A DNA stretch of 61,996 bases from IMG/VR virus record IMGVR_UViG_3300044302_003481, positions 1 through 61,996 of that record. The stretch is one strand, 5' to 3'. The stretch is from a virus (lineage: Duplodnaviria; Caudoviricetes). Both the position numbers and the translations under genes were made by a program. Shown piece by piece: positions 44,122-53,457 of the stretch. The first letter of the stretch is position 1; each line of letters starts with the position of its first letter. The notes under the pieces are model-generated. The model made no database searches. It saw nothing but the letters and a program-made list of their open reading frames with translations, and was not told the origin of the DNA.

Positions 44122-46386
44122 CTAAATATTAATATAAAGATCAGAATCAACAACGACATCCTGATCAGTAATAGGATTATAAGTATCGCTATCTATTGTA
44201 CTTGTAGAAGCCGTAGTACTAGTAGGAATACCATTAATAAAAGCACCTCCATCAATAACACCTGCTTCATAATCAGAAGCAAATTCATCAATAGGCTTAT
44301 CAACTATGCCAAGCTTTGTATCTTCTAATAAAGCTGGAGATCTATTAAATAACTTGTTAATTAACGTAATCATTCGATTAGTAGTATTAACAGCTTTTCC
44401 ATCTCGACTCAAATTCCCATCTGCATCTCGTTTTAAACCATCAGTAAGGGTCATTCCAATTACAGATGGATCAAAATCAGAAATAGATTGGGGTTGATTT
44501 CGATTACCAATAACAGTTTTGCCTCCACTCCACTTTGTATTTTGTTGAGTTAATTTTAATAACTCATAGTTATCTTGTACTTTTAATTTCTCTTTACTAA
44601 AGTTCTTTTCAAATTTCTCTAAACCAGCTCCAATAGGTTTATCACTTGGCTCTAATAACCAAGAACGAACATAATCATGTTTTTTTAAATTACTAACGGT
44701 GCAATAACCACTGCCAGTATCACTGAAAGGATAAACAACAGTAAAACTATTTGGATCAGGTACCGAACTAATGGTGTATTCACCAGAAACGGCATTGCCA
44801 CTTGTAAATGTCAGTTCTATCTTAGTATTAGCTTGTAGATTATGATTGTCAACATTAACAGTTATATTTGGACCATCTTGAACGTACTTAGCAGCTAAAT
44901 CAATAGGTTCATTTCCTTCATCATGTGTAAGAGCAAACATCGCTGCATAAATATGCTTACACCAACGCATTTGATAATACATTAAACTCTGAAAATCAAC
45001 TGATTTTGTATCTTCATATTCTGGTAATTCATAAAAATTATTAATAACGGTAAAACCTAAATCTCTAAAAGTACCTGGAATATCTCTTTCTTCACTGACT
45101 GTTCCATCTGGCTGTAAAACACCACCTGGTTTAGTTGATCTAACAGTCGTTCTTGGAAATTTATCAGAAAGTAAATCACTATATAAATTATAACTATCAC
45201 GTCTTGAAAAGTCTTGACAAGAGCATTGCCATCGTAATTCAGTTGTTAAAAATCTACCTACAAGAAAACCACGATGAGCAGGTACAACAGTCGATGTCAC
45301 CTCATCAGCAGTTGTAGCTCCATAACTATCAGCTCTTTGAAATATAATTTCTTTTGTTACAGCATCTAAACCAGTAACCGTGTAACCTACATAATTTTTG
45401 TAATCTCTACCTCTAAGTAGACGACTAACAGTTACATTACCTGATGTTGTACCACTAAGAAGAGTACTTAAAGTGAACTGAGTAGTACTAGTAACAGTAA
45501 TTGTATATCGACCAGAGGTAACAGTACCACTAGTGACATCAATAAATACCTTATTTCCTGAAGATAAACCATGAGCAGATGGACATGTAATTGTAACTGT
45601 AGAGCCACTTCTTGAATAAGTGGAGGCAAGCCCTGGATCTTTTTCTATAATCCGATCAGCTAACCGTTCGCCTGAAAAGAAAGAAAGCTCTGTAGGCAAA
45701 TAACGAATACGAACTCTTGTAGTAGTCCAACGCGAATCCCCAAAAGTAGTCGATAAATAATAGTTAACATTTCCGTTGTTAGTTGCCGATGCTGAAGTAG
45801 TGACAGTAAATGTATTTTGTGTAGTGCTTACGATTGAGAGTGTTTCGTCAACACCTCCTCCAGTTGAAATATCTAACCAGACACTTTCTCCAGGATATAA
45901 ACCATGATCTTGTTTAGTAACAACTAACGTTGTACCTGATTGACTGTATGTAGCACTGACAGATTTACCTAAATATCTTACCCCAAGGATTGGCAAACCA
46001 TAATCGTAAAAGCTGAATGCATCTGTATCACGCATTCCAACAATATGTTCTCCTAATTCTTGATTAGTAGAGGGAAAAGTATAGAGTCTTGCAGGAATAA
46101 ATACACCTGGAAACTGCTGAAAAGTAAAGTATAAACGGTAATCACCACGACGTTGTCTTTCGTTCGCAGTGGAACCTAACATACTTTGAGTTAACGTATA
46201 TAATTCAAATCCTTTACGCCATCTACTCCATAATGAATCGGTATTATAAAATCTAATTTCACTATTTTTATAACTTCTTCCACCACTTTCGGCTACAGAA
46301 AAAGCACCATTATCTAGATTCTTTGAAAACCCTTTATCAAAATCTGTTTTGGGCGAAGTATTAAATTTACCTATACCAAAAGGCAT
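44122..46386 (-). CDS. large virion-module protein with repeated HGL..G..V beta domains and a SWIM-like zinc finger
   Basis: DHGLYPGESVWL, AHGLSSGNKVFI, NHNLQANTKIEL; WQCSCQDF...WCKHIYA. Confidence 0.7.
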   Translation of the reverse strand: MPFGIGKFNTSPKTDFDKGFSKNLDNGAFSVAESGGRSYKNSEIRFYNTDSLWSRWRKGFELYTLTQSMLGSTANERQRRGDYRLYFTFQQFPGVFIPARLYTFPSTNQELGEHIVGMRDTDAFSFYDYGLPILGVRYLGKSVSATYSQSGTTLVVTKQDHGLYPGESVWLDISTGGGVDETLSIVSTTQNTFTVTTSASATNNGNVNYYLSTTFGDSRWTTTRVRIRYLPTELSFFSGERLADRIIEKDPGLASTYSRSGSTVTITCPSAHGLSSGNKVFIDVTSGTVTSGRYTITVTSTTQFTLSTLLSGTTSGNVTVSRLLRGRDYKNYVGYTVTGLDAVTKEIIFQRADSYGATTADEVTSTVVPAHRGFLVGRFLTTELRWQCSCQDFSRRDSYNLYSDLLSDKFPRTTVRSTKPGGVLQPDGTVSEERDIPGTFRDLGFTVINNFYELPEYEDTKSVDFQSLMYYQMRWCKHIYAAMFALTHDEGNEPIDLAAKYVQDGPNITVNVDNHNLQANTKIELTFTSGNAVSGEYTISSVPDPNSFTVVYPFSDTGSGYCTVSNLKKHDYVRSWLLEPSDKPIGAGLEKFEKNFSKEKLKVQDNYELLKLTQQNTKWSGGKTVIGNRNQPQSISDFDPSVIGMTLTDGLKRDADGNLSRDGKAVNTTNRMITLINKLFNRSPALLEDTKLGIVDKPIDEFASDYEAGVIDGGAFINGIPTSTTASTSTIDSDTYNPITDQDVVVDSDLYINI

Positions 46387-46394
46387 CTTTTAAT

Positions 46395-47183
46395 TTAGTA
46401 ATATCCACCTTGTATATTACAATAGAAACCATTCGTCAAAGCCGCTGTACCGCTAACAGAGACGTATAAAGCCTGTCCACGCTTAAGCATTAATCCTCTT
46501 TGTTTAGGAGCTATTTCATTATTAGCAGAACCAAAATTAGAACCAGCCTGAACAACAGGATGATTAATAAGAGGTAGAACTTCTTTTAAAGTTAAACTAC
46601 AATATTGTGTAGCAGCTACAGCATCAATACTTGCAACAAATAGTGGGAAGAACTGATTAATATTAGTAACTGTTCCTGTACTTACTAAATAAAAACAAAA
46701 ATCAATTGGATCATAAACATCTACATTACCTGTAATTGTTCCACCAAGACTAGGAATAGTAACAGTAAATGTTGTTGGAGTAATAGTGACAATTGTAAAT
46801 GTACCATCTATTGGAACAGTTCCACTGTTATAGCTGGTAAAGTTTAAAAATACTGCTTGACCTACTTCTAAATTATGACCACCAGAAATAGTTATTGTTG
46901 CAGTAGTCGAGTTTGCTGAATAAGTACCAGAAGTCGCTGTTCTAGCATCAATCTTTTCAATTACTCTTTTGCTATAACGAAACCAAATCTCATCTATATA
47001 TGCTCCACTAATAGATGTATCTGTCAAAGCAGAGTCAACATCAAAAACTTTTGTAGAGTTACCAACAGCAGTTGGAATAAGACTGGTAGAAAAGGCTTGA
47101 CCTGATGCAACAGTTAATAAAGTAGAAGTCGTCGCTGGACGATCTACCATTAACGGTTGTTTATTCGAACTACTACTTGACAC
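46395..47183 (-). CDS. virion structural protein
   Basis: GHNLEVGQAVFLNFTS domain shared with 44122..46386. Confidence 0.7.
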   Translation of the reverse strand: MSSSSSNKQPLMVDRPATTSTLLTVASGQAFSTSLIPTAVGNSTKVFDVDSALTDTSISGAYIDEIWFRYSKRVIEKIDARTATSGTYSANSTTATITISGGHNLEVGQAVFLNFTSYNSGTVPIDGTFTIVTITPTTFTVTIPSLGGTITGNVDVYDPIDFCFYLVSTGTVTNINQFFPLFVASIDAVAATQYCSLTLKEVLPLINHPVVQAGSNFGSANNEIAPKQRGLMLKRGQALYVSVSGTAALTNGFYCNIQGGYY

Positions 47184-47228
47184 TTTTATTGATAGATAGA
47201 CTTAATTTCAATTATAACTGAAGGTTTT

Positions 47229-47552
47229 TTACCAGCGAGCTACTTTTGGATCAAGATCTTCTTCAAAAGTTCTCCAAGGATCTTGTTGATCGTATGCATC
47301 GTTCTGCTCTTGTGTTTCCCATGCATCACTATCTTTAGGCTTAAATCCTCTTCCAACACCTTGAGGGGCATCTTGATACCCTGGAGTTATACCTGCAATA
47401 TTCTTCTGTCCTGCCATACGTTGTTGTCTTCCTTCAGTAAAACGCCTACCAGTGTCAGGTCCCTCTGACTCCCAAGGTATTCTTTCTCTTCTTGCACCAA
47501 AAAGATACCCGTTTCTTGTTGTAGGTTGAACAGCGTTAAAACGTCCTGCCAT
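47229..47552 (-). CDS. disordered hypothetical protein
   Basis: 107-aa ORF. Confidence 0.6.
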   Translation of the reverse strand: MAGRFNAVQPTTRNGYLFGARRERIPWESEGPDTGRRFTEGRQQRMAGQKNIAGITPGYQDAPQGVGRGFKPKDSDAWETQEQNDAYDQQDPWRTFEEDLDPKVARW

Positions 47553-47553
47553 C

Positions 47554-47898
47554 TTATGCAGCCGCTACATTGAAGGTTACAGTAGCCGCAGTACCACCTG
47601 CCTCACTTACCCAATTTGTTCTTACCCACTTAACTGGTCTTCCAGAAACACTATAAGAAGTTGTTCCATTAGCAGTTATTGTCTGATTAGCTATTATTGG
47701 AGCATAATTAGTTCCATCAACGCTACCTTCTAATCTAACAATTACGTTTGTATCAACACTGGCAACAGTAACAATAAAAGTGTAATCCCTTGTAGAGAAA
47801 GTATTATTAACAGCTACTTGTAAAGCGGTACCAACAGCTGGTGCTGATAACGTACTTTCTGTACTGAAAATAGTATCCTGAAAATAATTTATAGCCAT
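47554..47898 (-). CDS. virion structural protein (jelly-roll-like)
   Basis: VRLEGSVDGTNY...PVKWVRTNW. Confidence 0.7.
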   Translation of the reverse strand: MAINYFQDTIFSTESTLSAPAVGTALQVAVNNTFSTRDYTFIVTVASVDTNVIVRLEGSVDGTNYAPIIANQTITANGTTSYSVSGRPVKWVRTNWVSEAGGTAATVTFNVAAA

Positions 47899-47941
47899 AA
47901 AACTAGAACTGACTTATTACCTAGAATAACAGGGGGAAACG

Positions 47942-48169
47942 CTACGTATTATCCCTAAATTTATTTGCAAAATCCTTTTTAAAAATACTTAAAAATTCCT
48001 TACCTTTACTTTCTTTACTCTTAGCAGTTCCTGTTCTTTCAGTAGAATCAGTCCATCTCTTATATCCACCAAGTGACTTAGGATCTGCCTTGGCAGTTTT
48101 ATACTTTTCTCCATACTTACTACCGCGTTCAGTAGTATTTTCCCAATCCATATCATCGAAAATCGACAT
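47942..48169 (-). CDS. small charged protein (candidate virion cargo)
   Basis: 75-aa ORF; KGKEFLSIF. Confidence 0.55.
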   Translation of the reverse strand: MSIFDDMDWENTTERGSKYGEKYKTAKADPKSLGGYKRWTDSTERTGTAKSKESKGKEFLSIFKKDFANKFRDNT

Positions 48170-48171
48170 AA

Positions 48172-48468
48172 TTACCTCCAGGGGTCTCTGCTATTTTTTA
48201 AATTCTCAGACTCTGCTTTAGTAGCCTGAGGAGTATTTGAAAATTTATTAGCCGAATGTAATTCTTTTTCTACTTCAGTAGTTTCACTTGGAGTAGGTCT
48301 CTCTATTCTTTCTCTTTCTCTATTAAGAGATTTTTGTCCTTCTGAAGTAGCTCCAAGACGTTGAGCTCCTCTATTACGATCCTGTTGATCCCGTTCTCTT
48401 TGAGAAGCAGAATAATCAGTAGCTAATCGTTTAGCTCTTTCTCTCTTTGCAGCTGGATCTAATGCCAT
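48172..48468 (-). CDS. charged disordered protein
   Basis: 98-aa Arg/Glu-rich ORF. Confidence 0.55.
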   Translation of the reverse strand: MALDPAAKRERAKRLATDYSASQRERDQQDRNRGAQRLGATSEGQKSLNRERERIERPTPSETTEVEKELHSANKFSNTPQATKAESENLKNSRDPWR

Positions 48469-48479
48469 AATGAAAACTC

Positions 48480-48959
48480 CTAACGATAATTAGTTTCAAG
48501 AACAATTCTGGTACCAACAGCAACGTCAGCAGGTCCAGGTAAGGCTTGAATAAATTCAGCCCCTTCTCTATTGAAACGATAACGTGCTTGCTCTGGATTT
48601 CTATAGTTTGGAACATATAAATGGAGAGCTAATCTATCTGTTTCATATAAATAAATCTGCGTCCAAGTTTTAAGTGTCTCTTTAAAATCAGAAGTTGAAA
48701 TTGTTCTATCAACGTCACCTAAAATACTCTCTATTCTACTTTTTGGAACTGAATCATTATTAACGCTACCAGTCATATCAGTGCGTTTTTCAGCCTCGTC
48801 ACAACGACTAATCTGTTCAACAATCTTGTCATACCAAAAAGAGTCCTGAATATTATTCATTGCCTCTTCAAGTCGCGCTTGGTCACCAGCTGGTACCGAG
48901 GTTAAATTATAACCTAGATGCCAACGCACCTTAGATTGTACATAAGTATCAAGCTTCAT
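48480..48959 (-). CDS. putative head-tail adaptor/neck protein
   Basis: KVRWHLGY N-terminal helix pattern; position downstream of capsid genes. Confidence 0.55.
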   Translation of the reverse strand: MKLDTYVQSKVRWHLGYNLTSVPAGDQARLEEAMNNIQDSFWYDKIVEQISRCDEAEKRTDMTGSVNNDSVPKSRIESILGDVDRTISTSDFKETLKTWTQIYLYETDRLALHLYVPNYRNPEQARYRFNREGAEFIQALPGPADVAVGTRIVLETNYR

Positions 48960-48985
48960 TAATCAACACTAAAACAAGCCTAGTG

Positions 48986-49426
48986 TCAGTCTACTCGGAC
49001 TAAGTTCTCCTTAAAAATTTCATCCCAATCAACTCGTTTAATATTTCTCAATTGTTCTAACTTCTGAAATCTTTCACCAGATTGGGAAGTCTGTAAATCT
49101 TTAATATCACGAGCTGTTTTAAGACCTACCCCAGGTAACGCATCAGCAATTTGACGTGCAGAAGCAGTATTAATATTGACACGAGTATCAATGGGGAAAG
49201 TCTCTCTTGTAGTTAGTTTTGCAGGTTTAACTCCTTCAGCTGCTAATTCTGCAGTAAGACGTTCTTCTGTGCGTATTTTTTCATTAGTAGCATCTATATG
49301 AGGAGTCAAATCACACTCATCTACATATAAAACTTCATCTTGTGCATCTAGGCACATCATGATGCCTTCACCATGAGAAGAGATAACTTCAACAAGTCCT
49401 CCAGTGACTTTGTATTGATACAACAT
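48986..49426 (-). CDS. helix-hairpin-helix (ComEA-like) DNA-binding protein
   Basis: RVNINTASARQIADALPGVGLKTARDI...FQKLEQLRNIKRV. Confidence 0.82.
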   Translation of the reverse strand: MLYQYKVTGGLVEVISSHGEGIMMCLDAQDEVLYVDECDLTPHIDATNEKIRTEERLTAELAAEGVKPAKLTTRETFPIDTRVNINTASARQIADALPGVGLKTARDIKDLQTSQSGERFQKLEQLRNIKRVDWDEIFKENLVRVD

Positions 49427-49477
49427 AAACAGACTAGGTTGATACGTTACGACAATAACCCTACTAAACCTTAGCTT

Positions 49478-49570
49478 TTAAAGCGGATGGTTAGGGTGAG
49501 AGTTATCCATCAATAATCCAATTAAAGCTAAAGTGATACCCATAATAAATATCACAGTGATTAATTGCAT
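49478..49570 (-). CDS. 30-aa membrane peptide, not in the ORF track
   Basis: MQLITVIFIMGITLALIGLLMDNSHPNHPL. Confidence 0.5.
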   Translation of the reverse strand: MQLITVIFIMGITLALIGLLMDNSHPNHPL

Positions 49571-49603
49571 AATGAATTTGTCAGTACACAAATTATAGAC
49601 AAG

Positions 49604-49629
49604 AAAAAAGCGAGCCACAAGGACTCGCC
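49604..49629 (-). terminator. intrinsic terminator after the capsid genes
   Basis: Minus strand GCGAGTC-CTTGT-GGCTCGC-TTTTTT. Confidence 0.85.
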
Positions 49630-49653
49630 TAATTCTCTTAATCTAAAAGATTA

Positions 49654-50475
49654 TTACTCGTCGTTACCACCTAACTGAGAGGCGAAATCGATGAATCCTT
49701 GGATATCATTCCAAGAAACATTAGCAGCAGGACGTAGATAGTTCACGCGGCAAAGAATGTAGCCTGCGCGACCAGCAGTTGAATCGTCAGCACTAATATA
49801 AACACCATCACCAGACACAGAAGTGTTAGTAATTGCGTTTACATTGTATACCTTGAATGTGGTATCTGCTACAACCTTATACATCATGGAATCAGCAGCA
49901 TCACCAGCAGCAATTGTGCTAGTTACGCTTGACCAGAATGGTAGGTTGCCTGTTGTTGTGTCAGCAGCTCCTTGAGCAAAAGCACTAGAAGCAGCAGTAA
50001 TTGAAGAACTAGCTGCAGCTAGACCATTTAACTGAGTAGCTGGAACACCGAGTGGTGCGCCACTGTTGTCAGGTCCTAGAAGTAGTAGCTCAGTACTTGT
50101 AGCTCCTAAGTCAGCTGTTACAGGTGCAGCAGGGAATCCTGCGCGATCTGCAGCGAGAGTAGGAACATCCTGTCCAATAGCGATTGAAGCTCCGTAGACA
50201 TAAGCTGGACGAGCAGCACTAGCTTGTACAACAAGGCTAGTACGATCATCACGAACTCTGTCTCCAGAACGTCTATCAGGAGAAGGTACTGTGATATTGA
50301 AGCTCTTGTAAGAGGCTTTATCAGCCGCTACGTTGGAAACTTTTACATAACCAACAATTTCAAATGCTTCAACACCTGGAAGGCCGAAAACGCCTTCGTC
50401 GTTGTAACCAGAAAGTCTATTAATCTGATTACCTGGCTGGAGAACGGCTCCAGATTGTCCTTTATAAGATGCCAT
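49654..50475 (-). CDS. capsid decoration/minor capsid protein (putative)
   Basis: AGGAGG RBS directly after the MCP, followed by a terminator. Confidence 0.65.
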   Translation of the reverse strand: MASYKGQSGAVLQPGNQINRLSGYNDEGVFGLPGVEAFEIVGYVKVSNVAADKASYKSFNITVPSPDRRSGDRVRDDRTSLVVQASAARPAYVYGASIAIGQDVPTLAADRAGFPAAPVTADLGATSTELLLLGPDNSGAPLGVPATQLNGLAAASSSITAASSAFAQGAADTTTGNLPFWSSVTSTIAAGDAADSMMYKVVADTTFKVYNVNAITNTSVSGDGVYISADDSTAGRAGYILCRVNYLRPAANVSWNDIQGFIDFASQLGGNDE

Positions 50476-50489
50476 TAGTTAATACCTCC

Positions 50490-51635
50490 TTATTCAGTGA
50501 TAGTGAAGGCTGTTGTAATGAAGTCCTTATTCAAGTTCGCAAAGCCGGCATAAAGTTGCCATATCAAAATGATAAAGCGACTGAAGTCGTCGTTGTTATT
50601 AATTAGAACTTGAGCATTTGGACCACCAATACCTACACCGATCGCCTGAGGGCCGAAGAATAGGCCGGCAGGAGTTTTCTTAGTTTGTGCACCATTACCA
50701 TCGCCGATATCGACCGAGATCTCTTTGTCAGGGAAGTTAGTAGATTCGAAGAATCTAACACCTTCAAAAACAAATCCTGATGGCATAACTGGCTCGCCAG
50801 CTACGAATTGTGCTTGACCGTACTGTCCGCCACCGTAGATAGCCTGGTTAGGAGCCATTGCACCCATAAGAGGGTTAGGCTGTCCCATACCTGGGTAACG
50901 TGCAATTTCACGGAAGCCTTGATCAGCACGTAGATCTTTCATAAGTGAAGGATCTGCTATGCAACGATAGTAGCCATCAGCGAAAACTGGTACGTGACGC
51001 TTACGTAAGCTCTTAACAACGTCTAAAAGGTCAGTTTTTACATTGAACTTGAAGCGCTCAGAAGCGTATTCTGTAGCTGTGTAAGCAGTAAGAGTAGTGG
51101 AGTTACTCTTAGCTTTTCCGTTAGGATAGTAGTAACCACCTTGTGAATCACTACTTTGACCACGTGATTCAGTCTTGAATAGCTCGTCTAAGAAGACGCG
51201 ATCACGCCAACGGCGATAATCATCAAGAAGGGTAAGCGATCCTATTGACTGATGGAACATGTTAAGGTTCCCAGTATCAAGCAATAGACGCTGAGCGGTC
51301 ATTAATGTCTCACGAGCAATCTTGAATGTGCTAGGGAGATTTGTGTTATTTGGATCTGCTGGTCCAGTATATTCACGGAGAGATACTAGAACCTTGTCCT
51401 TGACAATAGATCTGCTGTTTGCTGTACCAATGGTTTGATCCTGAGTACGCTCACGGCTTGTCTTAGTGCCAGGGTTACCAAAGAACCTGTAGCGGTCTAA
51501 CTGAACAGTTTGACCAGGTTGCTTAGTAAAGTCATGTACGACTACTGGTTCGGCAGCCATCTCCACAATATACGCTGGATGGGGCCTATAAAGCTCCGCA
51601 CCAAGCAGTTTGGGGAAATCGTTGTCTATAAACAT
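50490..51635 (-). CDS. major capsid protein (HK97 fold)
   Basis: 381 aa after portal and scaffold; PGQTVQLDRY (E-loop), YRCIADP...DLRAD, GFVFEGVRFFES, FFGPQAIG. Confidence 0.88.
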   Translation of the reverse strand: MFIDNDFPKLLGAELYRPHPAYIVEMAAEPVVVHDFTKQPGQTVQLDRYRFFGNPGTKTSRERTQDQTIGTANSRSIVKDKVLVSLREYTGPADPNNTNLPSTFKIARETLMTAQRLLLDTGNLNMFHQSIGSLTLLDDYRRWRDRVFLDELFKTESRGQSSDSQGGYYYPNGKAKSNSTTLTAYTATEYASERFKFNVKTDLLDVVKSLRKRHVPVFADGYYRCIADPSLMKDLRADQGFREIARYPGMGQPNPLMGAMAPNQAIYGGGQYGQAQFVAGEPVMPSGFVFEGVRFFESTNFPDKEISVDIGDGNGAQTKKTPAGLFFGPQAIGVGIGGPNAQVLINNNDDFSRFIILIWQLYAGFANLNKDFITTAFTITE

Positions 51636-51774
51636 TTTGTTTTCTCAGCGTTTAGTTTGCTGATATCTGAGAACAAAATCCTCTTACGAGGATGAAGTCT
51701 CTATATCTGGAAAAAATCCATTGAAATAATTATAATATGGGTTTATCAACCTACTTATATAAGTTTGACGTCTA

Positions 51775-51963
51775 CTAGACCATGTTGTACTGAGAATAAG
51801 CAGTAGAAGGTACAACTGCTTGTCCATCAGGCTTTGGATTTGGATTAATATTTTGAGGTTGCAAATCTGATTGAGAAGCTTCTTGTTCTGCAGCAAGAGC
51901 CATCATTATATTCTTGTAGTCTTCAGACTTTTCAACGGCTTCAATAGCTTTTTCTTTGCTCAT
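51775..51963 (-). CDS. small hypothetical protein
   Basis: 62-aa ORF, ATGA overlap. Confidence 0.6.
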   Translation of the reverse strand: MSKEKAIEAVEKSEDYKNIMMALAAEQEASQSDLQPQNINPNPKPDGQAVVPSTAYSQYNMV

Positions 51964-52361
51964 TTTTTCTTAGCAGGTGGATAGCCAACAGGAAGTTGTT
52001 GGAAAGCGGCAGGTGGCATCATTTGTGCCAAGGTCATCTGATATTGTGCAAGAAACATCTTTTGATTATTAATACTTGCATTCAGATTTTGAGTTGATGA
52101 AAGACCATTCATCGGTAATGGAGAACCTGGAAGATTTAATTTCAAATAACTTGACTCTAAATCTTGAGGCATAGGAGAATCATTAACCGCTGGATCTCTC
52201 ATTGCACCATAATTGTCTGTCATTCCATATATAACTTGTCTCTGAGCGTCACCAGCACCAAACATTGTCAGTCCTGGGGCTCCCATACCTCCCCCAGCTG
52301 TACCAAATCCAGAAAGAAATGAATTTGTTCTATCTTGTGCGCTACCTTTCTTTTTTGCCAT
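51960..52361 (-). CDS. disordered hypothetical protein (candidate virion cargo)
   Basis: 133-aa ORF; DRTNSFLSGF. Confidence 0.65.
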   Translation of the reverse strand: MAKKKGSAQDRTNSFLSGFGTAGGGMGAPGLTMFGAGDAQRQVIYGMTDNYGAMRDPAVNDSPMPQDLESSYLKLNLPGSPLPMNGLSSTQNLNASINNQKMFLAQYQMTLAQMMPPAAFQQLPVGYPPAKKK

Positions 52362-52365
52362 TAGT

Positions 52366-52406
52366 AAAAAAAATAAAATAGGGGGTAGAAAAACTACCCC
52401 TTATTT
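52366..52406 (-). terminator. intrinsic terminator after the scaffold gene
   Basis: Minus strand AGGGGTAG-TTTTT-CTACCCC followed by a T-rich tail. Confidence 0.8.
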
Positions 52407-52416
52407 AGTTATTGAA

Positions 52417-53457
52417 TTACTCCATTACAAGGAGCTTTTGACGGAAGATTTCAGGATCTTGCTGAGCTGCATTTAGATACTTCCAAGCTTCTTGAGGGTT
52501 ACGATCAGCTGCATTTCCGAAGTTATTCCAGAAATCAGTTGGGTTAGCCGCTCTCTGAGGCTGTGGAGGAACTGGCATCTCAGGGCGTGAAGGAGCTGCT
52601 GCAGCTGGAGCTTGTCCAGTAACATTAGGCTGTCCAGTTACCTGAGGAGCATTTGCATACTGCTGACCTACTGCTTGACCTTGAGGAGCTGCTGGTCTTT
52701 GTGCAGGAACAGGATAAGGACCATTCTCACCAAAGAACTCACATGTGTAATCAGCAAGAACATCTGGATCAGTAAGGATTCTTTCGTAAACCTTATGCTC
52801 TGCAGATAATTCCTTAAGTAGACCTGCTGCCTCATTTAACTGACCATTAGTAGCAGATACAGCATCTTCTAATTGACAAGAATAGTCATTAAGAATAGCT
52901 GCAGTGTCAGGACCAAAATGATCAATGACATTGATGCTTGCAGGACTAACTCCGTTTGCGAGGAGCTGGTCTGGTGTTATCTCCTGTAAGGTTTGGGAAG
53001 AGTTGTCCGAGTATGCCGGGCTGTTGTTGATCCCAGGCATAGAGGTCTGAAGACCCTGGTTGGCGAATTGGGTCGTTTGTTGGGAACCGTAACTGGCCGG
53101 GTCGACTGCTTGAGTCTGAGGCGACTGTTGACCCTGGAACGGGAATTGGACTGGTGAACTCAGGAGCCCCACCACCTTGTTGAACGCCTCCTTGTAAGGA
53201 CTCTCCTGCTGTTGGGGAGCCTGGGATACCTGGGGGCTGTACGCTGTAGGGGCTGAATTCTGGTAAGGTACCGCCGTCTGCGCTGGCGCTTGTGTCATTG
53301 GTGCCGCCATCGGCTGGGAGCTCGCCACCCATTGGGGAGACGTTCCCACTACGGGTGCCTGGGCTGCTGACTGAGCCGCTGGAGCCACGTAGCTGGTCGG
53401 CTGGGTCTGGGATACTTGGGGTGCCGATTGGGTCGGCGCTACGGTAGCGTCCTGCAT
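52417..53457 (-). CDS. putative scaffolding protein (Gln/Pro/Ala-rich with central coiled coil)
   Basis: AAGGAAG RBS; position between portal and MCP. Confidence 0.7.
   Translation of the reverse strand: MQDATVAPTQSAPQVSQTQPTSYVAPAAQSAAQAPVVGTSPQWVASSQPMAAPMTQAPAQTAVPYQNSAPTAYSPQVSQAPQQQESPYKEAFNKVVGLLSSPVQFPFQGQQSPQTQAVDPASYGSQQTTQFANQGLQTSMPGINNSPAYSDNSSQTLQEITPDQLLANGVSPASINVIDHFGPDTAAILNDYSCQLEDAVSATNGQLNEAAGLLKELSAEHKVYERILTDPDVLADYTCEFFGENGPYPVPAQRPAAPQGQAVGQQYANAPQVTGQPNVTGQAPAAAAPSRPEMPVPPQPQRAANPTDFWNNFGNAADRNPQEAWKYLNAAQQDPEIFRQKLLVME

Noticed and set aside
48986-49426. Photosystem II PsbU
   Set aside because: No lumenal signal peptide; structural-gene context favours a ComEA-like HhH
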